Source of the DNA: an uncultured bacterium
Lineage (GTDB): Bacteria; Abyssobacteria; SURF-5
DNA: 10,504 nucleotides
Assembly (NCBI GenBank): GCA_964510165.1
Contig: CAZEBC010000143.1
Location: 1-10,504 of the forward strand
Direction of reading: 5' to 3'
Shown piece by piece: positions 6,224 to 10,504 of the stretch (position 1 is its first letter; each line of letters starts with the position of its first letter). The notes under the pieces are model-generated. The model was not told where the DNA came from. It did not search any database and saw nothing but the letters and a program-made list of their open reading frames with translations. Position numbers and translations under genes: made by a program.

Positions 6224-7528
6224 ATGGCGATAACTGACATAATCCCGCGAGATCTCAATCATCCTTTCGACCCGGCCAACCCGGGCGACCTCACCGAGTT
6301 CCGCCAGCACGGCTGCTCGATCCCGGCATGCACCGACCTGCAATTCCGAATTCCTCTATCGAGGATAGACCCGGAAGTGGTGGGCGGCGAGGACAGAGAC
6401 CGAATCCTGAACCTGGTCGTGCCCGAACTCGCCAGAATCCCCACGCCGGACGGTTCGGCTCTGGCGACGCCGGACCGCGTGGTCGCCGACAGGTTCTTCT
6501 TCCGACAGATGGCGCATGGTATTTTCGTTCCGGACGGCAAGAGCGGAACGGTGGAGGTCTGGAGCTTTGACGACACCGGTCCGAACCAGATTTTCGATGT
6601 TTGGCCGGCGCCGACCATCCGCGCCAGGGAAGGCGACATGGTACACACCATGTTGACTACCCGGCGCGGCACCCACACCATTCATCATCACGGCATCGAG
6701 CCGACCACGATGAACGACGGCGTGGGCCACATCTCCTTCGAGGTCGACGGCGGCGGTTACACCTATCAATGGCTTGCTCGCGAGGCCGGCACCTACTTCT
6801 ATCATTGCCACAAGAACACCGTGCTCCACTTTGAGATGGGAATGTACGGCTTCCTGATAATTGACCCGCCAGAGCCGGACGCTCCCTATGTTGACGGCGG
6901 TCCGGGCGCCATTCGAGTCGGAAACGACATCGTTCGATACGACCAGGAGAAGCTGTGGGCGGTCGATGAGCTTGATTTCCGGTGGCACAGCATCGTCGGC
7001 AAGCGAGTGGACTCGGGCGTCGAGTGCGATTTCTATCACGCGACCATAGACGGCATCCCGATACCGGGCACGAACATCCCGATGCCGGACGGGCCTGACC
7101 CGCTGATGCACCGCTTCGAACCGACCATCTTCACTATATCGGGCGTCGCGGTTGACCAGACACAGGGGCCGCCCCCATGGATGATGACCGACCCGCGCGT
7201 CGCTATCACGGCGCAAAGGGGCCAAAAAGTCGTCCTGCGGCTTCTGTGCGCGGGCTACACCACTCAGGTGTTCCGGTTCGGGCTGCCGTGCACACTTATC
7301 GAAGTGGATAACCGCACGCTCGGCTACGGTCCGCGCCAGCAGTATTCGCACCCGGAAGCGATACCGGCCAAACAGCCGTTCGAGATGACCACGGCCCGGA
7401 AAAAGGTGTTCCTGTTCGACACCACGGACATAGCGCCGAAAACCTATCCGATGCGGGTCGATTTCATAGACTGGGTCAATGGAAGGGTATGGGGAACCGT
7501 CATAGCTACGTTCACAGTGACCCCGTAA
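6224..7528 (+). CDS. Multicopper-oxidase-like protein, 'subunit B' (434 aa), with a complete type-1 Cu site in domain 1 and no signal peptide
   Basis: AGGAG RBS at 6211-6215 precedes ATG 6224, 17 bp after the previous stop. Motifs: [18 protein letters not shown] (6674-6694) and [22 protein letters not shown] (HCH at 6803-6811, H at 6827, M at 6842). Confidence 0.9.
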   Translation: MAITDIIPRDLNHPFDPANPGDLTEFRQHGCSIPACTDLQFRIPLSRIDPEVVGGEDRDRILNLVVPELARIPTPDGSALATPDRVVADRFFFRQMAHGIFVPDGKSGTVEVWSFDDTGPNQIFDVWPAPTIRAREGDMVHTMLTTRRGTHTIHHHGIEPTTMNDGVGHISFEVDGGGYTYQWLAREAGTYFYHCHKNTVLHFEMGMYGFLIIDPPEPDAPYVDGGPGAIRVGNDIVRYDQEKLWAVDELDFRWHSIVGKRVDSGVECDFYHATIDGIPIPGTNIPMPDGPDPLMHRFEPTIFTISGVAVDQTQGPPPWMMTDPRVAITAQRGQKVVLRLLCAGYTTQVFRFGLPCTLIEVDNRTLGYGPRQQYSHPEAIPAKQPFEMTTARKKVFLFDTTDIAPKTYPMRVDFIDWVNGRVWGTVIATFTVTP

Positions 7529-7569
7529 AGTCTTGGAGACGGGACGGTCTGCGTGCTGCCCCGCTATTT

Positions 7570-7612
7570 TCACCCCCCAACCCTCTCCCACTGGGAGAGG
7601 GCAGGGTGAGGG
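7570..7612. repeat. REP-like palindromic element (CCCTCTCCC-act-GGGAGAGGG with outer TCACCC/GGGTGA arms)
   Basis: A 9-bp perfect stem (7581-7589/7593-7601) plus outer pairing of TCACCC with GGGTGA. It resembles the widespread CCCTCACCCnnnCCCTCTCCC...GGGAGAGGG intergenic repeat type. Confidence 0.7.
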
Positions 7613-7661
7613 TTTGGATTGCTTTCTGCATTTCAGAGGAACAATGAAGGAGGAAGTGAAC

Positions 7662-10478
7662 ATGCGTGTGATGGCACGACAAAAGGCAAGACGCCCAGGG
7701 AATCTTGGAAGAAAATCCGTCCCGGCGGCATTAGCGCTCTCTCTAGCGCTTGTGGCCTTTTTCGCGGGAAGCGCGTGGGCGGTCACAATTCCGGTTCCGG
7801 AACCGGATGGTCTCGATGAATTCATCCGGGACAGGAACATGGCCATAGTGCTCGGAAAGGCGCTATATTGGGATATGCAGGTCGGAAGCGACGGCGTCAC
7901 AGCCTGCGCCTCATGCCATTTCCATGCCGGCGCCGACGCCCGCTTCCGCAACCAGATCAATCCGGGGCAGCTTGGCGGCGATAACACCTTTAATACGGCG
8001 CCGCCAAATGCCGCGCTCAAGTTCGATTTCTTCCCGCTCCACAAGCTCACGGACCCCAACGACGAGCATTCCCAGGTCATCTCTACCAGCGACGACGTGA
8101 TCTCCTCGCAGGGAGTGTTCCTTCACGATTTCGCGGGAGTCGTCCCCGGAAGCGCGACCGACCTGGGCACGGAGCGCCCAGATCCCGTGTTTAATGTCAA
8201 TGGAATCAACACAAGACGAGTCGAGCCCAGGAACACGCCGACCGTCATAAATGCGGTCTTCAACCTGGCCAACTTCTGGGATGGCCGCGCCAACACCATC
8301 TTCAACGGCGTCAACCCATTCGGCCCGGCCGACCTCACAAGCGGCGTGTACGTGGACCGGGGAACAGGTCTGGCGACAGAACTCGTCAGACTCAACAACT
8401 CCGCCCTCGCCTCCCAGGCCGTGGGGCCCCCGCTCAGCAACTTCGAGATGTCCTTTGGCGGGCGCACGTTCCCTGATATCGGCAAGAAAATGCTCTCGCT
8501 TCAGCCCCTCGCGAAACAGCTTGTCCATCCGCAGGACGGCTACCTCGGCCCTTACTCCAAGGCGACTCTTGACGCGAGAGGACGTGCGCGGGGAACGCCA
8601 GGAATTACGAAAAATTACAAGGGCCTCATAGCAGCCGCGTTCCAGCCCAGATACTGGGCCAACAACACCCAGATAGTCAGGATCACCGACGGGATACCCG
8701 AGGTTGTGCCCAAACCCGACCGCGCACTTGAGGCCAACGAGTTCACGCAGATGGAGATCAACTTCTCGCTCTTCTTCGGACTGTCCATTCAGCTTTACGA
8801 GGCGACGCTCGTCTCGAACGATTCGCCGTTCGATCGGTTCGCAGCGGGCGACCCCTCTGCGCTCACTCCCCAGCAGCAGCAGGGGTTTGAGATATTCCAG
8901 GGCCGCGGCAATTGCATCGTCTGTCACGCGGGCGCCGAGTTCACGCTTGCCACGGTGAATGACCTAGTGGGGCTGACTCCCGAAGCGGTCGCCCTGACCG
9001 CCAAGCTTGACGGCGGACAGGTCGTCCCGCCGGTCGCCACCGCCGCCAAGGGCCTGGCGGTGCTGACCCTCGATGCGCTCCGTACAAAGATCGTCTTCGA
9101 CCTGAGGACCGAGAATATCACGGACATAACATCCGCTCGCATCCATTCGGGTGTGCCGGGCCAGAATGGGCCAGCCATGTTCACATTGTCCGCGACCGGC
9201 TTTGTGGACCGGGCGACCGGCTCATTAACCGAGGCCAGTTTCACGCCCGTGCCGGGGATCCCAACTTTCGCGGACGCGCTCCAGGCGATGATCAAGGGCG
9301 AGACGCATCTGCTCGTGACCACTGCGGCGAGTCCTTCAGGCGAGATACGCGGACAAATCGAACAGGCCGTGTTCGTCATGGACGCCAGGCTTTCAAAATA
9401 CCAAGTGGTCCCCCCGACCACCAGCACCGCCATCGCCTCAGCTGAATTCATCAGCGAGCCTTTCACCGACCGGATCGATTTTGAGGTTTCCGTGACCAGG
9501 ATAAACACGGCGGAGGTCACCGCGGTCGATCTGCGCCTCGGCGCCGTCGGACAGAACGGGCCGGTCATCTTCAACCTGTTTGTCGTTCCCTTCAATCGCA
9601 ACGCGATAGAAGGAGTCCTGCGGCCGGAGCACCTCATCCCGGCGCCCGGCATATCAACCTTCGCGGAAGCCATTGACGCGATGTTTGCCGGCGAGACGTA
9701 TGTCGAGATTCGCACACAGGCGTTCCCTGAAGGTGAAATACGCGGCCAGGTATTTGCCGCTCCCGAACTGCTCCTCAACCCCATCGAACTCATGAACATG
9801 GCCGTCGGCAGGGCGTTCTATGACAACGGCTTCTACAACACGGGCATTCGATTGCCGGAACACGACATTGGCAGAGGCGGTAACGACCCATTCGGGCTTC
9901 CGCTCTCGTTCTCCAAACTGGCGGTGCTCAAGAGCGAGGGACTGCTGCCGCCCGAAATGGAGGGGTTTGTCCCCAACCTGCCTTCTGGCGTGACCGACCC
10001 TCCCAACCGCACCGCCGTCAACGCCGCGTTTAAGACGCCGGGCCTTCGCAATGTCGAACTGACGACCCCCTACTTCCACAACGGCGCATTTGGAACGCTC
10101 AGACAGGTAGTTGACTTCTATGCGCGCGGCGGAAACTTCTCCGATGAGAACATCGAGAACCTGGCGCCGCTCATCGCGCCCATCCCCGGAATGGATGAGG
10201 CCGCAAGGAGCGCGCTCGTATCCTTCCTGCTCTCCCTCACCGACCAACGAGTGAAGAACGAGTCGTTCCCGTTCGACCATCCGCAGTTGTTTGTGCCGAA
10301 CGGTCAGAAGGGAGACGAAAACCAGATACTCGGCGATTGCTCGAGTTTCAACCCGCTCGGCTTCAAACGCTGCGAGCGCATCATGGCCATACCCGCCGTC
10401 GGAGCGCAAGGCCGTTCCGCAGCCGGGTTCCCGCCGCTTCGGGCTCCGGTAGACCATTTTGACCCCAATTACAACTAG
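7662..10478 (+). CDS. Secreted diheme cytochrome c of the bCCP/MauG superfamily (938 aa) with two inserted CHRD domains
   Basis: AAGGAGG at 7647-7653 precedes ATG 7662. Sec-type signal ending ...AFFAGSAWA. Motifs: [13 protein letters not shown] (7905-7919), [20 protein letters not shown] (8913-8927), [19 protein letters not shown] and VVDFY. Confidence 0.92.
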   Translation: MRVMARQKARRPGNLGRKSVPAALALSLALVAFFAGSAWAVTIPVPEPDGLDEFIRDRNMAIVLGKALYWDMQVGSDGVTACASCHFHAGADARFRNQINPGQLGGDNTFNTAPPNAALKFDFFPLHKLTDPNDEHSQVISTSDDVISSQGVFLHDFAGVVPGSATDLGTERPDPVFNVNGINTRRVEPRNTPTVINAVFNLANFWDGRANTIFNGVNPFGPADLTSGVYVDRGTGLATELVRLNNSALASQAVGPPLSNFEMSFGGRTFPDIGKKMLSLQPLAKQLVHPQDGYLGPYSKATLDARGRARGTPGITKNYKGLIAAAFQPRYWANNTQIVRITDGIPEVVPKPDRALEANEFTQMEINFSLFFGLSIQLYEATLVSNDSPFDRFAAGDPSALTPQQQQGFEIFQGRGNCIVCHAGAEFTLATVNDLVGLTPEAVALTAKLDGGQVVPPVATAAKGLAVLTLDALRTKIVFDLRTENITDITSARIHSGVPGQNGPAMFTLSATGFVDRATGSLTEASFTPVPGIPTFADALQAMIKGETHLLVTTAASPSGEIRGQIEQAVFVMDARLSKYQVVPPTTSTAIASAEFISEPFTDRIDFEVSVTRINTAEVTAVDLRLGAVGQNGPVIFNLFVVPFNRNAIEGVLRPEHLIPAPGISTFAEAIDAMFAGETYVEIRTQAFPEGEIRGQVFAAPELLLNPIELMNMAVGRAFYDNGFYNTGIRLPEHDIGRGGNDPFGLPLSFSKLAVLKSEGLLPPEMEGFVPNLPSGVTDPPNRTAVNAAFKTPGLRNVELTTPYFHNGAFGTLRQVVDFYARGGNFSDENIENLAPLIAPIPGMDEAARSALVSFLLSLTDQRVKNESFPFDHPQLFVPNGQKGDENQILGDCSSFNPLGFKRCERIMAIPAVGAQGRSAAGFPPLRAPVDHFDPNYN
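8994..9752 (+). other. Two tandem CHRD domains (about 8994-9359 and 9372-9752) inside the diheme protein
   Basis: Each repeat has AxL...QVVPP, GxxGQNGP and the CHRD C-terminal signature PxGEIRGQ[IV]. Confidence 0.85.
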
Positions 10479-10504
10479 CAGATTCAACCTTCACGGCGCG
10501 GACC

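Noticed and set aside
6224-7528. Calling subunit B a copper nitrite reductase (nirK)
   Set aside because: It has HxH and HCH cluster-type motifs rather than the NirK D-x-H / HCAP pattern, and I see no domain-2 His motif for the NirK type-2 site.
7680-7700. Twin-arginine in the diheme protein signal (KARRPG)
   Set aside because: It lacks the RRxFL consensus, and c-type cytochromes normally use Sec.
6356-8080. 574-aa minus-strand ORF (also 5259-6053, 7911-8927, 8924-9799, 9654-10487, 4506-5249)
   Set aside because: These are antisense shadows of well-supported plus-strand genes in GC-rich DNA, with no recognisable motifs.
1-10504. CRISPR array, transposase or integrase
   Set aside because: I saw no regularly spaced direct repeats and no DDE or tyrosine-recombinase motifs.

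Overview
GC-rich bacterial window with three parts. (1) 1-880 is decayed. It holds the C-terminal part of an organomercurial-lyase (MerB)-like gene on the minus strand, not listed in the ORF track, fused head-to-head with the C-terminal part of a crotonase gene on the plus strand. Both lack their 5' ends, and further short remnants follow. (2) 881-4296 holds a minus-strand pair (a YihY/BrkB membrane protein with a C-terminal winged HTH, and an unknown membrane-anchored protein), divergent from a HisKA_3 (NarX/UhpB-type) sensor kinase with no response regulator in the window. (3) 4623-10478 is the main system, a likely three-gene periplasmic redox operon behind an AT-rich, structured leader. 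It encodes two cupredoxin/multicopper-oxidase (MCO) proteins, each with only half of the trinuclear-copper ligands and in complementary domains; only the first has a Tat signal. The third gene is a 938-aa MauG-like diheme cytochrome c (predicted His-Tyr heme) with two CHRD domains inserted right after its second heme motif. My best hypothesis is a split, heteromeric, Tat-hitchhiking MCO working with a high-valent diheme enzyme. All calls come from motif recognition by eye; no database searches were run.
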